64,000 bases of DNA from Lophium mytilinum (taxonomy: Eukaryota), in the NCBI GenBank assembly GCA_010093605.1, contig MU004200.1:372001-436000 (forward strand), written 5' to 3'. How positions within the stretch are numbered: position 1 is the stretch's first letter; every line of letters starts with the position of its first letter. A model generated the notes under the pieces. The model was not told the DNA's origin. It worked only from the letters and a program-made list of their open reading frames with translations, and made no database searches. Both the position numbers and the translations under genes were made by a program. Shown here in pieces: positions 27,758 through 39,828 of the stretch.

Positions 27758-29949
27758 ACAAGCTATGTGTGTCAAACGACTCTGGAAATCTGTGTGGGTT
27801 TGTGAAAGAGAGGCGAGCAAAGGACTGCTGAGTATAGCTGTATGTGGTGTGGAGTGGAGTGGTGGAGTGTTTGGTGTGGGTGGCTTTACAGTTGGTGGTC
27901 AGGTTGGTGATGGAACAGCGGGCGGAGTTTCAACCCTGCCTTTATGCATCGGGCTTAGCGCATCTTGCCACCCGTGGAGTGAATGGAAGGCAGACTCCGC
28001 TCTCCGCGCGCTTTTGATTCGACCTGCCGTTGGGGGAATGCGCATGAAAACCAGTCGTGCGGTGTGACCACATGGGAGATGCCATCTGGTGGTCACGATG
28101 CAGTGCTTTTTCGCCTTCTCGTTCCCCACCGCCCAACGGCTCGGATTCGCGGTGAGGGGACGAGACAATCACCCCATCTGCAGTCAGCGCCGCTGGTCCA
28201 AACATGTTTGGAGCAAGCACCCGCAATAGAAGAGGGTAGAAAGTACATATGAAGATAATATAATGCTTTCTGATATCCGCCAATACGACCTTCCCCCTGT
28301 GCCATGGTCGCACTACCCCACGATTAATCTTACAAGAACACGGCCGAAGAGGCCTTTGGAAATTGCTGCCATCCCACCACAGCCGGCAGTTAATAAACAT
28401 TAGTACCCGGGAATCTGACAATGCAGAGTGGAATCAAGCAACGGGCACGGCGGAGGGAGCTTCTGTCCCTGATCCGGGTGCGTAGCGATTCTGTGGGGGC
28501 GGCATGAATAAGGGCATGTATGCCTGCGAGAAGGTGATGAGACACTGTGCTACGGCATTCGGACGTGGACGAACTCACAACCATGAGAGACATAACTGCT
28601 CGACGTTAGCAGTGGAGGTGACTCAACAAGGCCATGGGGGCTCACAGGCCATGCCGACGGAAAAGTAGCCTGGCGTCGTCGCCGTTTTTGCCTGCTCAGG
28701 AGTTTCGGCCAGCCAGGACTGCAGAGAGAAGACCACGGCCACCCTTTTTGGCGCAGTCAGCGTCTGGTCCACGGCGAGGAAGAGCCCGACCTACCAGCCA
28801 ATCATCCTGTTGAAGCACCATTGCGTCAGAACTTGCATGCTTCACACTTCGTTCTAGTCGAGGTGTCTTACTTGTTCCGGGTGAAGATGGCAGCCATCTA
28901 GGGGCAGGTTAGCAAGCGGCCTACGCGCGGGGCGGAGCACTCAGTACTGGAAGCGTCGACGCCATTGTGCTCGTCATGTCGCCGTCCGATTTGTCTTTAG
29001 GCGGCTCCACGTAAGGGACGACTGGATGGGGGTGTCAGCGAGCACGTGACGTGGCACAATGGAAGCCAGAAGGTGAGGCTGGCATCGCGACGTACTCAGA
29101 TCGGCGCGTGTCATGTCCTTTTTCGACGCCATTGCTGCGGCAGGGGCGGGCGGTGGATGGAGTCGGCAGCGTCAACGGCGGTGCAGAGAGGAAGATGACC
29201 GGGGCTGGTGGTGCGATGGGAGGGCTGTCGTCGTGGGCGTGGATGATGTGGACGCGGTCCGAGGGGGAGGTTAGCAGCTAGAGGGCGAGAGGGCTAGGGC
29301 TAGAGGAGATGTCAGGCTAGTGCCCGTGGTTCGATGGCGAAAGGACCCGCCAGCTGGGCTTCCCGGAGCCTGTTGCCGCGGGATCGTGCAGTGTGCCGTT
29401 TTGCTCGACAGCGAGGCCCTGCCTGGGACGAGCCCTGGAGTTCCTTCACCTGGGCATACTGTATAGACTGTATAGGTGGTAGACGCCTGCAGATGTGCGC
29501 ACACGGGCTGCTCGCGGGCCGGCAAGGCGCGCCATATTCGGGCTCGCAGCAAGCCCGGTTACGGTGCCTGACAGCACGGCACTGTGGAATTGACTGAGGC
29601 CGCCCGGCTTTATCTCGCCTGGTCCACGGGTGGTAGTACTGTCAATGGGCGCTGCGGCTTGCCCAGACCCCCCCAGCATCCCAGCTCTCCCGGAGAGACT
29701 CCCACCGGCTACCACAGGCGATCGTGCGCTTCCCTGTCCTGCTCGTAAGATAGTCAACCACCCTCTGATCCCTCTGCTCCATAATCCGCGGGCAGAACTG
29801 CTCTCCAGCGCCGTACTACCACCACCATCTCATCCTCCCCAGATGCGCCCTCCGCCCTACCCTCTGTCTTCTGCCGCAGAATCCCCGACCACTACCGCTG
29901 CACCCGCCGAGCCCTCCCTCCAGCTGACCATGTATGCGCTTGAGGTGCG

Positions 29950-32900
29950 ATGACTTCTCGTCCTGCCCCGGGGATCCAGTCTCTCCAGCGCACAGGGAGC
30001 GGTCCGCCCCCTCGGCCTCAGGTCCGACGACAGACCTCAGCGCACGCCGGCGCCGCGAACAATGGGCGCACCCAGGACGTGATCGACCTCACACTCGACG
30101 GCGACAAGCGATTTGCGGAGGATGCTCTGCTGAAGACGCGGGGGTTGGCTTCGCAGGCGCCTGCAAAACTCAAGCTGGGCGCTTTGGAAAACATACAGAC
30201 GGCTCAAGATGGTCCCAGTAGACCCCCGCCGCGAGGGAAACCACAGCTGGCCTTCAATCCCAGGCCGAATGACGCGGGAGAGGCCCCGGGATTCCCTCCA
30301 CAAGCCGGTCAGAGCACAGCAGCGTCGTCTGGATTGGCAAACATGCCAATGCCCCCAAGGCCGGGCTCCTCTGTCCAAGACGATCTATCACTGCCGCATC
30401 GACGAATCCTCCCCGGAGGAAGCGGAGTCAAGCACGACAGGAACGCAAAGTTTGCCGGATTCGAAGCACCCGCAGCCTCGGTGGTGTTCCCCAACGGAAG
30501 TATGGGAGTCCCCTCTTCAGCCCCTCTCCTAGCTAACATCGTTGCAGGGACCGCCGACTTCTATCCATGGACCTCGAACAGCACCGAGGACATTCTGACA
30601 GACGCACTGGTGAAGGGTGGGGTGAACAACAAGCCGAGCATGATCAACGAGACCAACACGGCCAGGCCCTCTCTGTGGTCCAACCTGAAAAACAAATCCG
30701 GCCTCCAAACTCTGTCGACGCTCTTAGTGGCCGTACTCGAGAGGCGACAGCAATGCGGGCGCCTCACAGCTCCATCCACGTTCAAGCCCCCGCCGAGAGT
30801 CACCCTGACTGACAGCAAACGAGAGACCTGGTTGCGTGACCTCGCGAACCCAGCAATCGCACTACGTCGACTCAGCCGGACCATTCCCCATGGAATCCGC
30901 GGCAAACTTCTTCTCGAACAGTGCTTGAGCAAAAACATTCCCATTGCCCGAGCTGTCTGGCTTGCGAAATGCATCGGCTCCAACGAGTTGCGTGCTTTCA
31001 AGCGAAAAGGGGCTTCAGGAACAGCTGGTATGGGTGCTGAACTGAAGTGGAATCGGGAATGGACCATATTCGTGGAACAGTTCGTAGAGAATACCATTTC
31101 CTCCTGTGGACAGGCGGATTGGAAGGCGAGGATGGACTATGCGTAAGCACACAAACTCTGCATTATGTTAATGCCCGCCGCTAACATCTTCAGGACACGC
31201 CTTTCTTCACATCTTTACTGTGATCGGTTGCTTGACCAGGATCACTACTTGGATTGGCTTCTCAGCTCCCTCGATGGGAGCACCCTAGAGCGCCTGCCCG
31301 TATGGCTTCTCATGGCTCAAATATACTGGCAGGACCTCATTGCCTCTCGACGGCGGGGTCGACGGCTTGCGGAAGCGCTATTGGGCCATGCCCATTTTCT
31401 CCGCGCAGATCCCAGTAACGACACGATCAGAACCATCTCTGGTCATCTTGAAAAACTAATAGCGACCTTGCTGATGAACAAGCCTTGCTGCCTGATTCTC
31501 CCCAAGATTTGGGACAACCGAAAAGAAGTGGTCAACGACATTGCTCTCAGGTATCCAAACTCGTCCCTGGATAGCATTTCACGAGACCTCGACTGTCGAA
31601 ATAAGCGTCTTTCTAGCACCCCTCACAATTCTCACCCTAATTCCGCATCCCCGATAACGGAGATTGTAAAGCTCCTGGATTCCTCGGAGCGAGACGTAGA
31701 TCTCAACATCGACCATATATCAGCAGCCTGTTTGGAGAAGAATTTGGTCCCTCAACAGCTTGTCACAACTGTCTTAGGCTGGGCCTCTTCCGTATACCGC
31801 GAAGGAGCACACCGGATATATCTTGCAACGCGACTGATACGAAAATGGAATACGTTGGGGATCGACACCGATGCCGCTGTGCATTCTTTCCTATTCTCAC
31901 TCAACGCCAACCAACCTTTCGAAACGAGAAACGTGTTCCGCATCGTGTCCGAACTTGTCCGTTCGAAGCATTTCTCAGTTGGGCGGTACCTTCAGTGGCT
32001 AATTGCGACCGGTTCCACCAACAAACATCAGGCTTCACCTAACGATTGGCCTAGCCACCTTCGCCTCATTACAGAGTTACCACTGGAGAACCTCTCGGAT
32101 CACGTGCTCAACTTAAGGAACACTCTTTTACAGGGTATCGGGTTTGCGGTCGAAAAAGAAGAGCACGACTTGGATGCCGCTGAAGATTATGTTGCGCAAC
32201 AGATCCCGAGTCTTTTCGAGTCCTGGCCTGCTTCAGTATCGGAAGACGAGATAGATGTGTCTGGGCTCACTCTCTCTGTCAGGCTGAGTCTGGGCTGCTT
32301 ACTGCGACAGCAGGTGGCTTCTAAGATGGACTCTACGATCACAACGTCTATGAAAACTACTCCGCGTGACGGATCAGTCTCAGTCTCGACCCTCACACCT
32401 TCTGAATTCTACTCGATACGGGAGCTTGTAGAAATGCTAGGCGACTACTCAATTTTAGCCGATATACTCGGTATGGCGCTGAGTTCATGCGATTACTCGT
32501 TACTTGCTGCTGTTTCCGACACCCTCCACTACCATTATCAGATCTTTGTTGCCGTTGGAGCCTTCAAACCGCTTTTTCAGCGTCTTGCCTCAAAGTACGC
32601 ATCAATTCGATCGGAACGGCCGCCTGAGCGTGAGCTCTTTGTTTCTCTGGCCGATCTTGCCCACACTGCTAAGGCTGACTCCCAACTGATGCATCTCCTA
32701 CGCTACGATCTAGCTAGATGCGAACAGAAAAACTCGCTTGCGGCTTGTTCGCCCGCATCAGACAACATGATGGACATCCTTCAAACTACAAACATGGACG
32801 CCGATGAGGAGATAAATCATATTCTCTCAAGCGGAACAAGCATGGACGAGCAGATCATGGCCCGCGTCTTCAAGAAAATAACGGCGCAATTAGACGAACA

Positions 32901-35181
32901 TGTCAGGAAGGACATCACTCGGTCGAACGTTTTTGTTGCCTGGTTCTACCGATTGAGGAGTTTCGACGAGAAAACGTTCGAACGACTTATGAATGAACAT
33001 CTGATGAGCCTCTTAATGAATCACCAGGGAAAAGTACTTTTTGCGACTCTTCCCACTTTGATAGGTGCTGGCTGCCTCACATTAGCTAGCTTCGCAGAAG
33101 TCTCAAAAACCTACATTTCGAGTGTTAGCGACACCGGGGGAAGCAGTGCTGCGAAAACGTCGCTGGTCGCTTTGAATGCGGTTTTACCGAACGGAGAGTT
33201 GAATTGGTTCAGTCAAATACCTGTAAGTGTATCTTGCAATGCTTCCCGATTTTTATTGACGTCCGGCCAGGATGCCTACCGCTACCGACTGGACCAGCAG
33301 AGATTCTGCGCCGACCACCCAACAGAATTCCTAGAACAACTCCGCCGAGTAGTCGAGCTATGTTGTTCTCAAGGCTCCCCAGACCTTAAGGTGCACCTAA
33401 CTTCACTTCTATCCAGTGAGCGTTTGCTGGGTGTGTTAAGACAAATGGCAGTGCATGAGTTCCAGGCATTTGCAACAGCTTTCAAATTTGGACCCATGCC
33501 AGGTCCTGAAAATGCCATTTCGGCTATAAAGACGCTGTTAAACGCCATCTTGGATCCCAAAGATACCCTAGGTATGTCAAGATCGGAGTTTTGCACTTGC
33601 TCTCTTGCTAACTTCCCCCGGTTTAGGTCTCGCTCAGAAAAGCCTCGAAGTCCAGGTTTCTACCATTGTTGAGGTCGCGGACGATTTCTCACTTCCCTTC
33701 TGCCAACTGCAGCTTCGGCAGATATTCGATATGAACACTGCCTCCGCAGAAACTTCCGATGACGCTGTGTCGGCAGCACTTCTAGATGCTATTAAGGTGG
33801 CCGTTGACAACGATCGGTCAATCTGGCCCGATCTTATCGGCGGTCTTGATGGGAGTCTAACACGCAAGGTATTTTAAAGTATCCCAAAATTTAAAACATT
33901 CAATCTAAGACATGGACAGATCCGCGAGCATGCCGAAGGCGCAATATTGGCTACGATTGAAAATCCAGGAAAATCGGAAAGCTCCCCGCCTTCCAGCGAG
34001 GTTGATGAAACCTATATTAGGAGATACTTAACAGTTGTCGACTTCACAGCGACCAATGTTGTCAGCGAAGGGCAACCCAACATGATTATAATCTTGGTAG
34101 AGAAGCTTAAATCAGTCGTGGAGCTGCTGAATCCCACGACTGGAAAATCTCTAGATGCAGACAGCATGAGCATGGACACTCCGTCAGCTGCACTTTCGGC
34201 TGCCGACATATGCTCCTGGTACGTACTCCTGCTTGCTATTTTTTCTTGCCATTTGCTCTGCCGGAGTCTAACTCTTACAGGATTCATGCTGTCCTACACC
34301 TAGCTGTACTTCACAAAAGTTCTTTCCAGAGTGGCAAGTCTAGCAATCAGACACAGGCCACATTTTTATGGCTTCTCCGGACTCTATTTGGCCATCCTCA
34401 CCTGCAACACCATCCTTCTACCACCGAATATCTCTTTGACGTAGCCGCCTACTTCTCCGACGATCTGGCAGACGACGTTCGAGCCGTTCTCGCGAAGGCA
34501 GACTTGGCCAAACCCTCCCAAGATCCAAGGTCATCATTCGTCTTTGGCTCTTCCCCTCCTCCGGACTGTTGGTTGGGTCTCATATCCCCATCTGCAAGTA
34601 CTGCAACTGTAGCCCCAAGTACATCGCAGCCACCACAACAGTCTCAGTCGCCGGGTCCGATACCGATGCACCGCTCCCTCAGCCAGCAAGGCCTCCAGAA
34701 AACAGCCTCACCGCTGCAACAGAACAAAGGCATCCCCTCGTTACAACGGTTCGCAACACAGCACCCGCAATCTCCACAGCAATTCCAAATCCAACAATTT
34801 CAACAATTGGCCCAACAGCGCTCTGCCAGCGCTTCACCCATGGGCAATCAATCTCAAAACTCCCTGCAGAACCAGCCGCAAACCATGTTCATGGGCCATG
34901 GGACCACGCCCAACCTCCACAGCGCAGGCGGAAACGGCCCAGGGAATTTCTGGAACCAGGCGAACTTGCAAGCTGGCAGGAACACGCCGCAGCCCACAGG
35001 CCAAACGCCATCGCAGCAAGCATCGCAGCAGGCGTCGCAGCAACAGCAGCAAGAAAAAGCAGATGTCAGACCACTGCCGTTCCTGCTGCGCCGGTGGGAG
35101 ATCCTCCCCGATCCCGCGAGCGTCGCCGGTGGGAACGACACAGCACTGTCGCTCGGGTTGTTCGAGGCGAGGAAAGTCTAG
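29950..35181 (+). CDS. SRB8: Mediator kinase-module subunit Med12/Srb8 (multi-exon)
   Basis: Med12 domain FKPPPRVTLTDSKRETWLRDLANP..LRRLSRTIPHG..RAVWLAKCIG; Q-rich tail ending NDTALSLGLFEARKV. Confidence 0.92.
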
Positions 35182-36711
35182 CTTCAAAAGACTTTTTTAT
35201 TTTTCGTTCCACAATGTGCTCAGAGACCAACCTGATCAGTTCTCTCTCGCATTCTCTTTTGTGTATTCTCTCTTTTTGTTTGTCAGCGTTTCAGCGTTTT
35301 TCTTTGCTTCTTATTGTTCAACTGCATCTATCTGCCATCTAGGGAACCCAGGGAGATCTATGTGGGGGGGTTTATTTTTATCATGTAGCTGACTTTGACG
35401 ATATGAGCGATGTGTGCATCTTAGGCCGGGGCATTCATGCGGGGTACAGCTCGGGGAATTACTGGGCGAGTGCTTTTGTATGCTGGATGATTTGAGTCAT
35501 TTGAAGGCGTTGCTTTGTTTTGGGATCTTAGGGTTGAGAAAGGAGGAGGGGTTGGGTCGGCGGACGTGGTGCAGGAGGGCACTGGGGCTGGGAAAGATGT
35601 ATAACTAGCTGAACGCGAAGAAGGATGGGGTCGGGAAGAAGACGGGGTGGAGAGGTTGACCTGCGGGGAATCCTTGAGTGAGTGCAGTTGGAGATGAATA
35701 GATGGTGTGCATGCCTACGATCTTCCCTGCTATGTGATTCGGACTTGCTTGACGTGATGATATGCGCATAGTATGACGGCTGTGACGGCGCCTTCCAGCG
35801 CTGGACCTTCCTTGTCTATGGTTGTAGAAGATGGCCATCTCGTTCGTCTCGAGGCTCGAGGCTCGAAGCTCGTCGTCCCATACCCACGTATATCTTCAGC
35901 CCACCATCCATCCTTCGCTCTACGCATACCTGAGCGCTATCTAACTCGTGCTATGTCCTCTGGGGGTCCCTTTAAGGGTTTTATGTCTCAAACTCCGGAT
36001 TCCATAGTTTTCAAGTAATAGATGGACTCAAAACATTGTTGATGGATTATTTCGTCACATCTCAAATCGGAAAAACTTCAATTTTCTCAAATGATTTCAA
36101 AAGTTGATAGACTACATCTTAGGTTGTGAGGATATAGGCTTGTATGTTAACTAAGCCGTAGAGCGTGTGTGGGACTAGTAATAGCAAGGGAGACGGGGGA
36201 GTATAAAGTCTTGGCAGGGGAATCGAGAGGGATAACGGGGCGGCAGACATAGATACTGAGTGTTAGACACTAGTTTTAACGATACAGTTCATGAGGGAAT
36301 CTATACTACATGGGTGTCAATATCACCAGCAGGGGAAACAGTTTGCAAAGCTTCTTATGAACGCCAGGAGCTTTAAGAATTGAGATATCTCATTTTCCAC
36401 ATGCTTTTTCGACATCGTGCGTAGAGTACATTCATATAGTACAGGCCCAACCGTGGTGGGAGCATAATTTCCCTAGCCGTCTAAACAAGATCACCAGCGT
36501 CGTTTAGTCATACAGTGTAGGGCTAGTTAAAAGCCTTTTCCCATGCCCGGTCCCCCCTATGTGCGAAGTAGACAGTATACATGAAGTAGAGTTTCCGCGT
36601 TCGAAGATCGATTTTGCAAGATTTGAGTTGAGGAGCCTGGCCTTTCATCCTCCTCCTCTTTTCTCCTAGTTTTAGTGGAAGGATGTCCGTGGCATGACAT
36701 GCTGGTGGCGA

Positions 36712-37988
36712 TTAGTCGACGTTACTTGACGTCCCTAATAGCTTTAGGACGCCCTCGTAGGTGCCGAACATGATAGCGGCGCTGGGGACGACGCGGAGCA
36801 TATGCGGGACGAGGCCGCCGTAGAGCGCGACCATGCCTTCTTCTTTGAAGATGAGCTTGAAGCATTGTGCTAGCCCGGTGTATTTGAGGGCACCGTTTTC
36901 CAGGGGTGCTTGACGGAGGCGAGTGCGGACGACCTGGAGATTTGCAGTTAGTTTCGATTGACTTCAATGTGGAAAAGTAGGAGAAGGGAGAGAAACACAT
37001 ACCTCATGCGGATACGTTATCAACGCCGCAACGAACTTCGCGCTTCCCGCCGCCCCTAGTTTCCCAGTCCACTGCACCGTCTCATCCCACCACGTCGCCG
37101 CCCCTCCCCGTGCTTGGAGGCGCTCCTCCCGCCTCGCCAGCCGCAGCTTCATCTGCTCATACAGCACCCACTGCAGCGTGCTCTCCGTGACACCCAAGTA
37201 GCTCGCGCTCAGTCCCCGGTACAGCCCCCTAATCCCTTCCTTCCGCACCGTCTGCATTGTGCAATCCAGCGCATTCTTATACTGCCGCCCCTTCCCATCC
37301 ACATGCGTCGACTTGTCCAGCTGTAACCGCGTCTTCACCAGCCAGATCGGATTCGTCGCTGTGCCCGTTATTATCCCCGCGCTGGCCGCAGCACACAGGT
37401 GCACCCAGGCGCTCTCCCTACCCCCGTTGCCCCATTCCGCGATAATCCTTTTCCCGTTGCCGTACGCATAGAAGTTGATGGCTCGCGCGGGGACCACGCC
37501 GATGAGATTGGGGCCCAGGCCCTTGAAAAGCGCGCGCCAGCCTTCGGCGGCGGGGACTTCGAAGAGGATCTGGAAGGTCTCGCGGATGTGGAGGAGGGAG
37601 GAGCGCGCGAAGGACATGGTTTCGATGGGGGGTAGCCCTCGTGCGGTGCGGGAGGCGGCGAGGTGGTTTTGGTAGAAGGTGCTCTGGAGGCGGGTTTTGA
37701 GGACGTCAAGTGGTGCGGTGAGGGTTGCGGAGGCCATACCGCCGAGGCTGGGGAGGGTTAGCGGGTGTGCATGGATTTACGAGGTATTCGGAGGTGTAGC
37801 TACCCTCCGGCTATGAGATGTGCCCATGATTTCGCAAAGGGCGATTGCTTGACTGTCACCGGCGCCCCGGCGGGCTGGGATTGGGGGAGCACATCGCCGG
37901 TCTCGTACGATTGGGGGATGATGCTAGGCTTGAGGATTGCGGTGTCGTCTCCAAGGTGTCGAGGCTTCGAGGTAGAGTCGAAGGTCAT
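36712..37988 (-). CDS. RIM2: Mitochondrial carrier, Rim2-like pyrimidine nucleotide transporter (3 exons)
   Basis: Three carrier signatures (PLDVLKTRLQ, PIWLVKTRLQ, PHEVVRTRLRQ) plus GLGPNLIGVVPARAINF. Confidence 0.88.
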
Positions 37989-38330
37989 GTAGAGTGGATG
38001 ATGCCCTCGAGCGGCGGTCGATGGCTTGAGTGGCGAGGCGGATAAAGGGCGGATACTGTAGCGGGATGGAGACCAGAGGAGCGAAATGACAAGGTTAGTA
38101 TGAAGCTGCTGTTGGGCGGCAAAGAAATGGAGGTTCGTGGGGGAGCAGAAGGATTGGCATGTCAAGTCGTCTCAAGAATTTTGGAACTTCCAGCCCGAAG
38201 AGGCTAGCGCAGGAGACCGCGACCTCGGGTTTTGCGTCATGGTGTTGCCCGCCATTATGCTGCCATTATTTTGTCCGAAGAGCAGCATTTGCGGCGAATA
38301 TCCCCGTGCCCCGCAATATACACGTCCACA

Positions 38331-39189
38331 ATGATCCCCTCGCCGCGCTGTCTGGCGCCCGGCTTCCTCAAGCGGAGTCTGGACGAGTTCAAGCGTGTTT
38401 CCACCATTGGTGAGCTTCTTGTATAGCTCCAAAAGCTCCAATACGCAGTTGCTAACGCCCATTCTAGCTGTCAAACTCGAAGGCCTCACCACACCTGGAA
38501 GGCCCTTTCCTCTAGTCTTCTTCGACAAGCCTGAGTCCCTCTCCGACTGCAAACCAATGAGCGACAAAGACATCGGCGGCTTCTCCACCATCCACTTCGA
38601 CCACCACCCCGCGACCTCCAAAGAACCCGCCCACTCCCGCTTCCACGGGGAGATATCAACCAAGCTCCCTGTGGACCGCCCGCAAATCCAGCGTACAGGC
38701 TACGCTGCCTGGCGAACTCTCGACCGGCCCTTCACCATCTTCGGCAGGTCGCTGTGGGACATAGATCCTTTCGAGTACCTCGCCGTGCAATTCAAATCCG
38801 ACGGCCGCAAATACTTCATCAACGTGCAGACAGAGTCGATAGTACCCACAGATATCCACCAGCACAGACTATACGCAAAGTCGCCCGGGGAATGGGAAAC
38901 GGTGCTGATCAAGTGGAGCGAGTTCGTGAGGACGAATCATGGCCAGGTGGTTGAGCCGCAGCGCGAGATGTTGACGCAGAAGGTGCGGACAATAGGGATT
39001 GGCTTGATTGACAGGCAGCCGGGGCCTTACGACCTCAGCATTAGTCGGATGTGGGCGACCAACGCATATGATGCGGATGACATTTTGAAAGAGGCCCTCC
39101 GTACAAGTAAAGGTCCCCTGGAAGGCGCGAGAACAGCGGAGCCTAAGAAGCCACCAAAGAAGGAAGAAGCAGAGAAAATTCTGATCTAG
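38331..39189 (+). CDS. CIA30: Complex I intermediate-associated protein 30 (2 exons)
   Basis: MSDKDIGGFS, IQRTGYAAWRT, KSDGRKYFINVQTES and DRQPGPYDL. It is a known MAT-flanking gene. Confidence 0.9.
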
Positions 39190-39828
39190 TCTTGGTATGA
39201 TTATTCTGCATTTGAGGCGTCTGGAGCCAATATTGGGATTGCTGGAGTTACTGGGATTGCCTCAGCGAAGTAAGGGATTCGTGTGGTCCCTAGTTCTGAA
39301 AATAATGTCTTGTATATATTGAACAATTCTTCCCTACTGAAGTGACAACTTGCATTGGGATAGCATAGTGAAGCGAATGGGCCTTGAGGATTGAGACAGC
39401 TCGGTATCATTCTAGGCCCACGATCATCACGTCCCCTGGGAACATCTCAGCCGAGGGATTCTTGACTGAACTGTGAATTGGAGTACCTGTTTCCAATAAG
39501 TGTGTTTGAGTGAATTTGGAAGAATGCCGCTGATTGGCTGCAGAGGACACGCGAAGCGCGACATCTCGAAAACACGGCTCCTTCCGTGAGCACCAGGACA
39601 CTATCAACGACTTGCCTCCGACTCTATGCCTCTTCTTTTCGTTGCGTGGCATGATGAATGAGGTTAAGTCTTTCATGTAGGGCAACGAGCTGCGATTGGG
39701 GGATCTCAAATTTTATTTCTCATCCTCTTCTTCCCAGAAACTCCTTTGAAAAGCACCTGCAAGCATACTCCTGGGGACTTCTCTTACTACTCCTTCTTCG
39801 TCTTTCTTGAGGGTTTGTACTCGTCAAG

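Noticed and set aside
27900..29900. Many short ORFs between SUI1 and MED12
   Set aside because: No motifs or coherent splice model; consistent with a GC-rich divergent promoter and long 5' leaders.
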